A stretch of 37,320 nucleotides of DNA from Octopus bimaculoides. Taxonomy: Eukaryota. The translations under genes were made by a program, and so were the position numbers. Shown one piece after another: positions 21,039 through 33,413 of the stretch. The stretch is from NCBI RefSeq assembly GCF_001194135.2, contig NC_068989.1, positions 91,401,463-91,438,782 on the forward strand, written 5' to 3'. The notes beneath the pieces were generated by a model. It searched no databases and had not been told where the DNA came from. It was given only the letters and a program-made list of their open reading frames with translations. Within the stretch, counting starts at the first letter, position 1; each line of letters opens with the position of its first letter.

Positions 21039-21439
21039 TTAACCTATGATAATCATCGATCAGATGGTGTTAGTGATGTCCTCTTCAGCATGACATAAGC
21101 TGAGATCCGATACACAGGATCTGAGTCTCCCGGAGACACAAATTACTTATATATAGTCCATCTCTTCTGTTCAGGTTAGACTCGTAAACGTGGTTTCTGA
21201 GCACACATAAATCCCACTCTTCTTGTTAGTTAACCTCTCTATCTAGCACATCGGCCGCAAACTCTAGCTCAAACTCTTCGTTCTCCACCTATTCAAACGT
21301 AACTCCATTAAAGCTCACCTAAAACTCTCAGCCACCAACAACTATTCAAATATACCACATTCTGTCGTTAGGGCATAAAATCAAATTTATCACTCAACAA
21401 AAGATTCGTCCATCGCAAGATACCGCCTTAGTTGCTGTG

Positions 21440-21720
21440 TTTTGGCTTATATGCCTCGGTGATCCTGAGAGCTATGCAAGCGAAGAGCAGCCTTCTGGTA
21501 GAGTTTCCGTTACTGGTGAAGTCAAAAAGAAGAGATCAGACCTATATGGGTCACCTCTTCTCAAAAGTCAAAAACAGACAGGAAGTTTGAGAAAGTATTG
21601 ATGACAATTCAGAACTAACAAAATCTAGGAGAGGAAACGGCAGCCCTGAGTCGAGAAAAAAGGTGAGAAATGGTTGATGGTCTATGCCCCACAGGGAGTG
21701 AAGGCTTAAGTAAAGTAAGT
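21440..21720 (+). mobile_element. Short RTE-like non-autonomous element (5'UTR-like part joined to a TAAG-type 3' tail)
   Basis: GCCTCGGTGATCCTGAGAGCTATGC resembles RTE 5' regions, and the element ends GTCTATGCCCCACAGGGAGTGAAGGCTTAAGTAAAGTAAGT. No ORF is present. The assignment rests on recall of RTE consensuses. Confidence 0.4.
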
Positions 21721-22944
21721 GATGAGTTTGTCGTTGCTGACTCCAATGTTTACATTTCTCTTGAACTCCCACACTCGTCCAATATTTAGCCAATCCTGGA
21801 GCAATAATATCTTTCGCAATTATCATGTCCCTGCCTCATATAGTTTCGTCGCCCACCTCGTGTCATGCACCACACGTATACAGACAATTTAAACGTTGTG
21901 GATCTATTTTTCACAACAACACCATAACTGTTTTGCACTCATCTGGACGTTGCTTATCGTCCATTTCCTGCTTACGCATTAACAGCACTCCACAAAATGG
22001 TTGTTTGCTTGTGTGTTTGTGTGTGGATCTTCTGTGTTTTAGACTCTCCTTTTATGCTACAAATATGTACCAACATATATGTGTTTGATCAACTTTTTAA
22101 CTATAAACACACACACGCACGCGCGCGCGCACACGCACACGCACACGCACACATGCACACACACACACATGCACACACACACACACACACACATACACAC
22201 ACACGCAAACAAAAAAAAACTGTAGATGATTTCGAACCCGGTGGCTATTTCCGGGTTTTAGGTGTTCTTTCTAAACTAGCTACTCTCGGCTTCATATCTA
22301 GTCTACGAGAAAGAGCGAGGCATATCCGTCCTGAAATATAACTAAAAGCACAAGGACGATTGCTAAGAGATTCACTGATAACTGCATTAGGTGGCAGTTT
22401 GCATGCATGTCTACCCATATAGGTAGATTGTGCATGTGCATCTTTATGTGCGTCTGTGCCTTTCAGTATGAATGCGTGTGCGACAATATAGACTTCGGCA
22501 GGGTCGACTGATTAAGGAGCACGCTTCTCAATGATGATGCATCATATTCAATCTCTCAGTGACGTATCTGGCTCAAAAGTCTTTTCACAGAGCCTTTGGT
22601 GAATCAAAGCCCTTGGAATGAAATTAAGTTGAAGCGGGCCATCTCAAGCACGATCTCATCAAATACACAATAACTTTGAATAGGTATGAATTTTAAGTTA
22701 GGTTATCAGGTGTGCATGTGTGTGTTTGTGTGTGCATTTTCTTATGTGTTATAGACACAAATCTGTACCAACATATGTGTGTGATCATCCTTTTAGTTAT
22801 AAGCTCACACACATGCGCACACACACATACACACAAACACAAACAGACAAAATAGCACACCTATATATCTACATAAATGTATATATACACTTATCCACCT
22901 ACCCAGTGTATGGATGCGCAATGGCTAATATGCCTTTATGTTCG

Positions 22945-23160
22945 TAAGGAGGAGAGATGGCAAAATAGCAACCACGTCGGATAAAATGCTTAACGGCATT
23001 TTTTCCGACATCACGTTCTGAGTTCATATCCAGCCGAGGTTGACTTTGCTTTTCATTCTTATTGGATCGATAAAATAAGTACCAGTTGAGGACTACGGTC
23101 GATGTAATCGACATGCCCAGTCCCAAGAAAGTGCTGTCCTTCAGCCAAAATTTGAAACCA
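22945..23160 (+). mobile_element. Meta-domain-like SINE (family C), near full length
   Basis: Head, CTGAGTTCATATCC B-box-like motif, then GTTGACTTTGCTTTTCATTCTT...GATCGATAAAATAAGTACCAGTTGAG...GTCGATGTAATCGAC and the tail CAAAATTTGAAACC. Confidence 0.8.
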
Positions 23161-23500
23161 TTGGGTCTGCCTGTACGAATTTGCATGAATATGCATAGGA
23201 TCTACCGTACTCTCCGACATATAGATCGACATAGTATATAGTGAGACATGTAGTGTAAACATTCAAAGCTCATCACCATCTTTCCAAAATTTGCTGCATT
23301 TCGCACGGAATGTTTTCTTCCACCGAAGTCATCTCGGTGAATAAATCAACCTATCTCTTTTGGCTGTAGGGATTGTGTCTGAAAATATCGACTTGTATGG
23401 CGGAAAATACGGTACTGATTTTTACCTGCGTGAATGCAGAAGTACGTATCTCCGAATATGCGCAAGTATGTTTCGTCACGTGTACGTATGTCTGTAAATA

Positions 23501-23721
23501 TTGTTGGCACTGATGACCACGCTGGTTGTGAAAGCAGGTCAAACAACCTTCCTCCGATCGAAAGACTATTTCATTGCAGGGTTACGCATATCCAGTCGAG
23601 TGAACTGGTGCATTGTGAATGATGTTTTGTTCAAGAATACAACGCACTGCTTGGAAGGAAATCGAACCCGCTTTCAGGCAATCGTGAGTGTAGGACACTA
23701 GCCGCTAGGTCACGCGACTTC
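23501..23721 (-). mobile_element. SINE family D, internally deleted and decayed
   Basis: Tail end TTGTTGGCACT, CORE-like GATGTTTTGTTCAAGAATACAACGC, and tRNA head GGAAATCGAACCCG...CACTAGCCGCTAGGTCACGCG. Confidence 0.6.
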
Positions 23722-24440
23722 GCAATTGAGTATATATATATANNNNNNNNNNNNNNNNNNNNNNNNNNNNNNNNNNNNNNNNNNNNNNNNNNNNNNNNNN
23801 NNNNNNNNNNNNNNNNNNNNNNNNNNNNNNNNNNNNNNNNNNNNNNNNNNNNNNNNNNNNNNNNNNNNNNNNNNNNNNNNNNNNNNNNNNNNNNNNNNNN
23901 NNNNNNNNNNNNNNNNNNNNNNNNNNNNNNNNNNNNNNNNNNNNNNNNNNNNNNNNNNNNNNNNNNNNNNNNNNNNNNNNNNNNNNNNNNNNNNNNNNNN
24001 NNNNNNNNNNNNNNNNNNNNNNNNNNNNNNNNNNNNNNNNNNNNNNNNNNNNNNNNNNNNNNNNNNNNNNNNNNNNNNNNNNNNNNNNNNNNNNNNNNNN
24101 NNNNNNNNNNNNNNNNNNNNNNNNNNNNNNNNNNNNNNNNNNNNNNNNNNNNNNNNNNNNNNNNNNNNNNNNNNNNNNNNNNNNNNNNNNNNNNNNNNNN
24201 NNNNNNNNNNNNNNNNNNNNNNNNNNNNNNNNNNNNNNNNNNNNNNNNNNNNNNNNNNNNNNNNNNNNNNNNNATATATATACATATATATATATACATA
24301 CATACATACTTATTTATGTGTGTGTGTGATTGATGGAAAAATATAAATTTGTTGTATTGTTTTCCATTTTGTTTTAATCATTTAATCTTCCTTACATGTC
24401 ATACTTTCCCCTCTTCCTGCTCACCTTCTCCTCCTCCTCT

Positions 24441-24494
24441 CATCATCATCATCATAATCATCATCGTCGTCATCGTCGTCGTCGTCGTCGTCAT
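24441..24494. repeat. (CAT)n grading into (CGT)n triplet repeat
   Basis: Direct reading. Confidence 0.9.
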
Positions 24495-24780
24495 CGTTGA
24501 CGCCGACATCATAATCAGTTAAGATGGACACGACCGATCGCAGCTATTTAGTTGACTCGTTCGTCCTCGTTGGTCAAATATTGGTCAGACAGTAACTAGC
24601 AAAAAAAGAAAAAAAGAAAACAAAACAAAACAAAATACAAGCAAAAAATAAACGAGAGAAAGCGAATTACTTGACCATTGACCCTTACATCACGTCATAT
24701 TTCACTGTCTGCTTAAACACTACACTTTGTCATATCCACTCATCAAAGAATCCCCCGACAGAAACAAAAATGAAAACAAA

Positions 24781-24802
24781 CACCGCCGCCGTCGCCGCAG
24801 CC

Positions 24803-24833
<31 letters not shown>
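24781..24833. repeat. (CGC)n grading into (CAA)n triplet repeat
   Basis: Direct reading. It gives the poly-R/Q, poly-C and poly-L ORFs. Confidence 0.9.
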
Positions 24834-24834
<1 letters not shown>

Positions 24835-25373
24835 GTAGTTCTCAGTGAAATAAATAAAAGAAAAACGAATGCAAAACGCACACAAAAAGAAACACACGCA
24901 ACCAATCGTTAAATACAATGTATTACACAGTAAACGGATATTCTTTGATATCGCAAATTGATTTGATTAAAAGTATCGAATATTGATGCAATCGATAGAA
25001 AATATCGTCTGATTCAACTAGAGTTTTGTCTGTAGAGTCTGCGATACGTTCTGAAGTTTTCACCAACTTTCAGTCCCTGCGAGGTACAGTTTCCATATTA
25101 TTTGTGACTGTCGATAAAGTGAATGCATTATTATCAGAAAGCGAGCAAAATTACGTGAAAGAAATATTGCCCACATTAATTAATAAGTTGATATTTAAGC
25201 AATTATGTAGAGAAATATTTAAATATACGTATGTAGATATACCCCCGTACATATTGGTATTATTCTTATACACACACACAAACACGCAAACACACACACA
25301 CACTCATATACAGACTCACCTACTCACACACACACAGACACATTTCTATACATATGTACATGATATAATAAAC

Positions 25374-25404
<31 letters not shown>

Positions 25405-25479
25405 TATACATTGATAGATAGTCATATGTAAGAATTTTGAAAAAGATGCATGGCTCATCAATGAAAAGCAATATTTGAA

Positions 25480-26480
25480 AACATATTCGTGCAAATAATC
25501 CTGAGAAGTCTTTTATCACACCTATTCAATGGAATCAGCCGCTAGCGTCAATGGCTGCTGGAATACGGGGTCGGAAGCGTTGACATGTCCGAATCAGGTG
25601 ATCTTTATCAATTTTGGACATTGTACTGGTTACGGCGTACTTGAGAAGGTGTATTGTGTTATGAGTGGTGTGTTGATTGTCTTCTGTCACGTCTACGCCC
25701 CATGCATAATGGTCTTGTGATTTGAGGTCTGGTGAGCAAGGAGGTTTGTGTTTGGAAGAACAAGATCAAAGAGATTAGCACGCATTCCCGCTTATGATAT
25801 TTTAGCCTAATGAGACAGCGGAGAGTCTTGTTGGAAGAAGTTCGGTCTTAGTTGCGTTCTCTTCCTATTCAGGTTCTTTCAACTTTTTCTAACATCCCTC
25901 AGTAGACAGCGACATTGACTCTTGAAGCTTGAGAAAAAGATGTGGTGGCATAGCGTCTCTCTCGTTGTTGACGACAGCCAGAACCATCTCAGCCGGTGGC
26001 AACTTAGTCTCCATGAACAATAGAAACTCATTCGAATCTCTGCAAAACCATTTCTCGTTCCTTCAGTTTACATTTCAGTACTATCGAAGTTTTTCACGGA
26101 GAAAAACCAAAGCATTCCAGCCTTTTGGTGTTTTAACTTGTTTTATCTTTGAACAGATACGGTGAATATCTCTTGTGACATACTATAGAAACTGCTCCTC
26201 CGCATCACATACGATTTGTACTGGATATCCTCATGTATAACACTTCTGAAGATGCATTCTGAATTCTTGAGGTTCTTTGTAATCGTTCTGATTCACTTTC
26301 CGTACAGATATCTCTTTAGACATAACTGATGGTAGTCTTACGTATCCGTGAAGGACTGTTTTTGCACTTCTTGCTGAACAACGCGCAGGAATGATTTGTT
26401 CGTAGTGTTCAAACGCATGTGCCATACTTTCTCCATCAAATCGTCGTTCCCTGAATAGCTGAACGGTCTGCAACACGTCG
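25480..26480 (-). mobile_element. maT-like (DD37D) Tc1/mariner transposase pseudogene
   Basis: Minus-strand motifs across frameshifts are HEDIQYKSYVMRR, NKLKH..GMLWFFS(D)EKNFD, TKLPPAEMVLAVVNNERDAMPPH, FQQDSPLSH and PPCSPDLKSQDHYAWGV...DKDHLIRTCQRFRPRI. There are 37 residues between the second and third D, allowing for one 1-nt deletion. Confidence 0.88.
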
Positions 26481-26497
26481 GTTGAGGAAATAATCCC

Positions 26498-26575
26498 TGA
26501 GCAACGTGAGATGAAGTGCTTTGTTCTAAGAACACAACACACGAAGCGGTCCAGGATTTGAAATATCCCAACCAT
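26498..26575 (-). mobile_element. CORE-like SINE fragment (family D)
   Basis: GAGCAACGTGAGATGAAGTGCTTTGTTCTAAGAACACAACAC...CCAGGATTTGAA. Confidence 0.55.
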
Positions 26576-26628
26576 CACACCATGAGCCCTACACACACAC
26601 ACATGCGAGCGCGCGCACACACACACAC

Positions 26629-26675
<47 letters not shown>

Positions 26676-26780
26676 TATGTATACAATACGAATGTTGGCA
26701 TAATGCATATGTATGTATGTATGCATATATGTATGTATGTATGTATGTATGCATATATGTATGTATGTATGTATGTATGC

Positions 26781-26813
<33 letters not shown>

Positions 26814-28289
26814 TGCATGTATGTGTCAAGCTAGATGTGTGCTTATTTAAGATCTTGTGTCCATTGCTACGCAGACGCAGTGTTTCTGACTCGATGCCTC
26901 GACTCAGGTGACCGACGGATGGGTCTGATCCGGAAATTATTTCATTATTGACCAACCACTTGGTCACAACATGAAACGTACTTTGATATTAATATAAAAT
27001 GATGAGTTTTAGGAATCAACCGGTAGTTTACTCGGTAATCTCATTAACCTCGGGGAGCTTGATAAAAAGCTAACAAACTATTTTAATCTCTTTGAAATAT
27101 ATTTTCTAGATTCAAAACAACTATATCCGAAATATTTTTGAAGAATTAATGCTTTTACACCCTTTGATCTAAACGCAGCCCCATCTTCTGGAAAAGCTAT
27201 ATGGATATCAAAGTAATGCTGTATCATTTAGCATGAAACCTAAATGTCTGTGTTAGATTTCAGTATGATTGTTTGTGAGATCCTAGTCACGGACGGTTGT
27301 ATTTTACTCAACCCATGAAGGAAAAATTGGATATTTTCACCAGATCGTTCCTCATGAGGTTTGCTGAGAGCATAGAAATGGCTGTGTTATTTGATTTATT
27401 TTTATTCTGTTGATGAAAGAAGCAACGAAGTGTTCATCCGGCGGGAAAAAATGCAAAAGCATCAACCATATAATAAGATACACACACATATACATACACC
27501 CATGTACGCGCCAATACGTACACACACATACACACACACGCACATCTTCATTAATACTTTATGGTATTATAAACTCAAATTTCTGATGTCTTTTTTTTTA
27601 TAATGATTAACAGAGGTGAAACAAACAAAAGCCCGACTAATGAAAGCAGCAATCACACGAATGAATAAAAGAGCTGCTGGGAATAAACCTTTATATATTT
27701 CATGATGTAATCCAGATTACAGTTCAGTGGAAATCTCAACAGTGCTTCAGAGGACAATGGCCATAGTTTCTTCTAGCGTTTTTCCTGATATTAAAAACTT
27801 AGACTACGGACTTTAATTCTCCATAGATACTTCTATGAACGGTAAACGACTGGCAAAGCATTTGAATGTGGGTCGGCAATGCTGTAGAAGCCAATGGATA
27901 GGAACTTTGTCTAATCTGTTAAAGGAGTAAATGGATAAAAGCATTAAAATTCTATTTGGATCAACAACGTCAGCGCCATGAACAAGGAAATGTTATTGTC
28001 ATCATGTAAATATTCCCAGTATAGTCAATTATTCAACTCTCTATGAAAAGGGGAGAAAATGGCAATGTGTTTACGGAAGAATATGTTAACTTTATGTGCT
28101 AAAAGATGGGCAAAACATTTAGCAAGTGGAGACTTGGATGTCTCTATGTCTCTTTAATCTGGTCTTTCTCTTTTGTCGTTTAGGAGACGTTTTGGAGAGT
28201 AGAGACTGAAAGGCCAAGTTAAACAATTTCTAGATTCATAATGCTAACAGATTTGAAAATAATATTGGAAATCTATTAAAAGTTGCAAT

Positions 28290-28440
28290 AGAATACCTCT
28301 CACGATCAAATTGACCGATAGAATATATACCAGGCTGAAAAACAAAAAGTATTAGTGCCGATTCTTTTAAGAAAAATTCTCCAATGAGTTGCTACAGTAT
28401 GGCCGCAGTCTGATAAGTGAAACAAGTAAAAGATTATATG
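28290..28440 (+). mobile_element. Composite SINE (family B) tail remnant
   Basis: GACCGATAGAATA...CAGTATGGCCGCAGTC..AAGTGAAACAAGTAAAAGA. Confidence 0.55.
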
Positions 28441-28897
28441 TACAGAAACGCTATACAATAAATACAGTTGACAGTTGAAATATGAAGAGTGAGGATGAGG
28501 GAAATTGATGGAAATCATGGTAGAGAAAATAATCGAAGAGGATGACTGAAGAAAAGACAGAAGCCATAGTAATAAAGTATATATTGACGTGGATAGGAAG
28601 CATTTTCATCCCCTTTTACGATAAGACAAAGAAACAAAGACAATACAGGAAACGTTGCAATTGCTTAAAGGTTCGAGGACGCTGATTGGTTGATCGATTT
28701 GTTGTTTTTGTAATACTTTTCAGGGAGTACAATTACTCCTATGCACTTCTCGCAACCGAGTTCGCGTACCTCTCTATGTATGTATGTATATATGTATGTA
28801 TGTGTATGTGTATACATCCATACATTCACACATACACACACAGACACAAATATATATGCATATATATTGTATACATATTGTTTCCATGTGTTCACCA

Positions 28898-28969
<72 letters not shown>
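28898..28969. repeat. (TATC)n tetranucleotide microsatellite
   Basis: A perfect run up to a gap. Confidence 0.97.
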
Positions 28970-28996
28970 NNNNNNNNNNNNNNNNNNNNNNNNNNN

Positions 28997-29028
<32 letters not shown>

Positions 29029-30150
29029 AGAGAGAGAGAGAGAGATACGCACACACAGTGATGTATGTATATATGTATGTGTTCATACATATCTGTATGT
29101 ATACATGTGCGAGTGTACATTTTTCTCTCTCTCTCTCTATATATATATGCATGTATCTCTGTGTGCGTCCGCGCAGGTGTATATATGCGTCTGTATGTGT
29201 TGCATGTCTAACTATATTACATATAAGTGTATGTGTGTGTGTATGTGTGTGTGTGTGTGTGTGTGTATGTGTGTGTGTGCCTGTGTGTGTGTGTACATGT
29301 AGATACATATGCCCATACATGTATATATGCACTCATGTATGCATCCAAGTATGCATATGCATGCGTATGTGATTGTGTATATGCACAAATGTGCTCATAA
29401 ATATCTGTACGTGTTTTTACTTCAGCGCGTGCGCGCGCGTGGTTTTCTGTGATAAAGCTCCTGTATCGTCTAACTTCATCTTATCTTAGCTACAGTCAGA
29501 GCAATAATGTTCAATTCAGTTTCAGACTCCGTTTCAAGTATTATGAAATGTTTGCTTAAGTGGATCACTTTGGCGTTATCTAACTTGTTTTCGAGTCTTT
29601 AATTGGTTTCACAAGTTCCAGTCTTAAATATTTTAAAGATTTCTCTACTTAAACATATTTTAAAAGAAAAAAAAAACAACATTTCCAGCTTCTTTTCGTT
29701 TTCTGTTTACAGCAAGCACATACGCACGTGAAACCTCACGCATGCAGACATAGAATCACGCACACACACACACACAAGAATACACAGGTGCACCGACATA
29801 TATGTAGGCACGCACTGCTTGTAACTATTGTGAGGGGGAGGAGAGACACAAGGACAGTAATTAAAATGTTTAAAAATACCAACAATATGGTGTCTGTATA
29901 TATGTGTCCTTGAATTTATGTATGTACGTACATATGTATGCACACACACATATACACAGATATAGATATAAATATGTGTATACATATATATAGACACAAA
30001 TATATGTATATATAATGTATATATATATACATGTATACATATATACATACGTATATTATATATGTATGTATATATATATATATATATACACATATAAATA
30101 TATATATGTACACACATATATATATATACATATGTATATATACATATATG

Positions 30151-30181
<31 letters not shown>

Positions 30182-31216
30182 ACTTATAAATATGGTATAT
30201 ATACGTATATNNNNNNNNNNNNNNNNNNNNNNNNNNNNNNNNNNNNNNNNNNNNNNNNNNNNNNNNNNNNNNNNNNNNNNNNNNNNNNNNNNNNNNNNNN
30301 NNNNNNNNNNNNNNNNNNNNNNNNNNNNNNNNNNNNNNNNNNNNNNNNNNNNNNNNNNNNNNNNNNNNNNNNNNNNNNNNNNNNNNNNNNNNNNNNNNNN
30401 NNNNNNNNNNNNNNNNNNNNNNNNNNNNNNNNNNNNNNNNNNNNNNNNNNNNNNNNNNNNNNNNNNNNNNNNNNNNNNNNNNNNNNNNNNNNNNNNNNNN
30501 NNNNNNNNNNNNNNNNNNNNNNNNNNNNNNNNNNNNNNNNNNNNNNNNNNNNNNNNNNNNNNNNNNNNNNNNNNNNNNNNNNNNNNNNNNNNNNNNNNNN
30601 NNNNNNNNNNNNNNNNNNNNNNNNNNNNNNNNNNNNNNNNNNNNNNNNNNNNNNNNNNNNNNNNNNNNNNNNNNNNNNNNNNNNNNNNNNNNNNNNNNNN
30701 NNNNNNNNNNNNNNNNNNNNNNNNNNNNNNNNNNNNNNNNNNNNNNNNNNNNNNNNNNNNNNNNNNNNNNNNNNNNNNNNNNNNNNNNNNNNNNNNNNNN
30801 NNNNNNNNNNNNNNNNNNNNNNNNNNNNNNNNNNNNNNNNNNNNNNNNNNNNNNNNNNNNNNNNNNNNNNNNNNNNNNNNNNNNNNNNNNNNNNNNNNNN
30901 NNNNNNNNNNNNNNNNNNNNNNNNNNNNNNNNNNNNNNNNNNNNNNNNNNNNNNNNNNNNNNNNNNNNNNNNNNNNNNNNNNNNNNNNNNNNNNNNNNNN
31001 NNNNNNNNNNNNNNNNNNNNNNNNNNNNNNNNNNNNNNNNNNNNNNNNNNNNNNNNNNNNNNNNNNNNNNNNNNNNNNNNNNNNNNNNNNNNNNNNNNNN
31101 NNNNNNNNNNNNNNNNNNNNNNNNNNNNNNNNNNNNNNNNNNNNNNNNNNNNNNNNNNNNNNNNNNNNNNNNNNNNTATATATATATATATATATATATA
31201 TATCCACACACACATA

Positions 31217-32438
31217 TCAGGTTCAGTGAAAAGTAAGCAACGTTTTGAAACATGAAATTCATCACAATATATTTCAATGCGGAAATTTTATTCGTCAAAG
31301 TAAGAAACATTACAATCAACACATTTTTGCCAGCGAGTTACAAGTTTGTTTATTCCGGTAACATAAAAATCTGGAGTTCTGGACCTGATGAACACTTTGA
31401 ACTCACTTTCATCCTCGGTTTGAATTTTGAACTCCTTCTCGCGCAGAAAACCATCAAGCTGCTTAAAGCGTTGTTAGTCATTAGGTGAAATGTCTGGAGC
31501 AAAAGCTGATGGGGAAGAATTTCGTAGCCAAGCCAACTTCTGGAGCGTCATTAGTGAAACGCGTGGTCGAGCATTGTCATGAAAAAAGATTGGATCTTTT
31601 CTGCTGACCAGTCTGGGATGGATGAGTAGCAGTTTTTCATTCCTGTTAGCAATTTCATGGCAATATGTTTCTGCAGTAATAGTGTTTCTGGGATTTAAGA
31701 AGTTATAGCAGATGAGTCCAGTAGTACACCACCAAACAGTCACCATAACCTTCTTTTTGAAGATCTCGAATTTAGGGAGGGTTTTTGGTGCACCATTTTG
31801 GTCCAACCACTGCGAATAACGTTTTTTAATATTGTACAGAATCCACTTTTCATTGCAATTTACAATACGGTCGAGAAACGGATCGGTCTGTTTACGGAGA
31901 AGCAACAAACAAATTTCGTATCAGCGAATTTTCCAATTTTTATTCAAATCATGTGGTACTAATTTGTCGAGCTTTTTTGATTTTTCATTCGCATGGAAAC
32001 GGTTGAAGACAGTTTTCTGGCTAATCGGAAGTTCTTTTTCCAGTTCTCGAGTGGTTTTACGTGGATCGTTCTCAATGACGGTCTCTAATTGACCGTCATC
32101 GTTGACAGATGATCCTCCACTACGCTCACGAACTTCAAGGCTCAATACTTCACTGCGAAATCGTTTAAACCATTTTCGAGCTAACTACTCACTGGTTATT
32201 TCTTCACCAAATGTTTCGTTTACTGGCATAATCTATTTCTTTATTTTTACATCAAACGACTTGTAAATAACTGTGCACCGTAGTGCATTATGCGTGGTTT
32301 CACTGGGAGCGGTGATCACAGTTTCATTCCCGTCCCTTTTCATCATTCATTTATACTTTCCTGACTCACTTCCGAAGTTAATTACCCTTTTTGAAATAGT
32401 GGCTACTGCCGCAAAATTGCTTCCTTTTTTCCCTAGAT
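31217..32438 (-). mobile_element. Near full-length mariner (DD34D, Hsmar1/cecropia-like), family M2, pseudogenised
   Basis: TA followed by the TIR TCAGGTTCAGTGAAAAGTAAGCAACG at 31217, with a degenerate counterpart at ~32412-32438. ORF pieces are VNETFGEE..RKWFKRF, LEVRERSG..DDGQLETVIENDPRKTTREL, KKLDKLVPHDL, PFLDRIVNCNEKWILY (first D mutated to N), KKVMVTVWW and HDNARP. Confidence 0.93.
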
Positions 32439-32712
32439 AGAATCTTCTCCAGCCCACATTTTTATCAATGCTGTGCTGTTTTCTGTGCTTATGGCACTCT
32501 TCTAAGAACTTGTACCAGGTTCATTACAATTTTTTAACAATTTAATTGGTGATTTATCCATCTTTTGGGTGTGTTTTCCCCCCCTAATTGTGACTGTAGG
32601 TGCTACAAGCACATTTATATATGGTGAGTGGGTAGATAAGTACCCCACAAAAGAAGCGAATTTAGAACACTGAACTGTACAGTTCCATCCTAATAGAAAT
32701 TTTCAACAACAT

Positions 32713-32783
<71 letters not shown>

Positions 32784-32869
32784 CATATGCATACACTCAT
32801 TCATATATGTATAACAAAACACACAAAACCGGCTCCGTTTTTGGAGTCAGCTCTGGATCCTCCTAAGCA

Positions 32870-33016
32870 AATAATGGACTGGTAATGCTGCCAAAAATTG
32901 GATTACCTCGAAAGGGTAAAAGTCAAAGTCGGCCTCGTGGGTATTTGAACTCAGAACGTAAAGACGGACGAAATGACGCAAAACCCCTTGGCCGTCGTGT
33001 TGGCGATTCTGCCAGG
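32870..33016 (-). mobile_element. Meta-domain-like SINE (family C) 5' part
   Basis: AAAGTCGGCCTCGTGGGTATTTGAACTCAGAACGTAAAGACGGACGAAATG...CGATTCTGCC. Confidence 0.7.
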
Positions 33017-33209
33017 AAGTAAAATAAAAAATTAAAAAGACTCGTATAATGCATTATCTGAAGCGATTTTTCTATGGACACCATCATCTTAAAATGAATA
33101 CATTGAGTATTAAAATATTAGATACCGTGCGTAAAAACAACATTTGACTGATTAAAATTACCTTTGCAGCGAAGTGTAACACACTTTGGGCGAATGCCAA
33201 ATCCTAATC

Positions 33210-33413
33210 AAATATGGTCAATGCTATTGGTCGACAACTATGAAAATTTTAATTAATCAAAAATTTGAATTACGCATGCAGTGAACAGATGCAAATCTTG
33301 GCTCAAGGGCTAATATTTATTTAAACTGATATTTGGCAAGGATGCTTTTCACAGCAAGCGAAATTCGAATTTTAATTAAATAAATGTTATTTGGATTTGC
33401 CTTGACCAAATTT
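33210..33413. mobile_element. Old degenerate foldback / MITE-like inverted repeat
   Basis: AAATATGGTCAATGC (33210-24) pairs with the reverse complement of 33399-33413 at 13 of 15 positions. TTTAATTAA..AAATTTGAATTACGCATGCAGTGAA (33248-85) pairs with the reverse complement of 33347-33380. Confidence 0.55.

Noticed and set aside
20400-21400. GC-balanced stretches that might be LINE remnants (for example DILDAIQNR on minus)
   Set aside because: No ordered set of RT or APE motifs could be recovered by eye. It needs a profile search and was not called.
23501-23550. CTGATGA...GAAA...GTC hammerhead-like string
   Set aside because: Stems II and III do not pair and stem I is out of register. The sequence is the decayed tail of a SINE.
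31474-32145. Functional mariner transposase or SETMAR-like domesticated gene
   Set aside because: It is split by frameshifts and stops, and the first catalytic D is mutated to N. The TIRs show it is an ordinary dead transposon.
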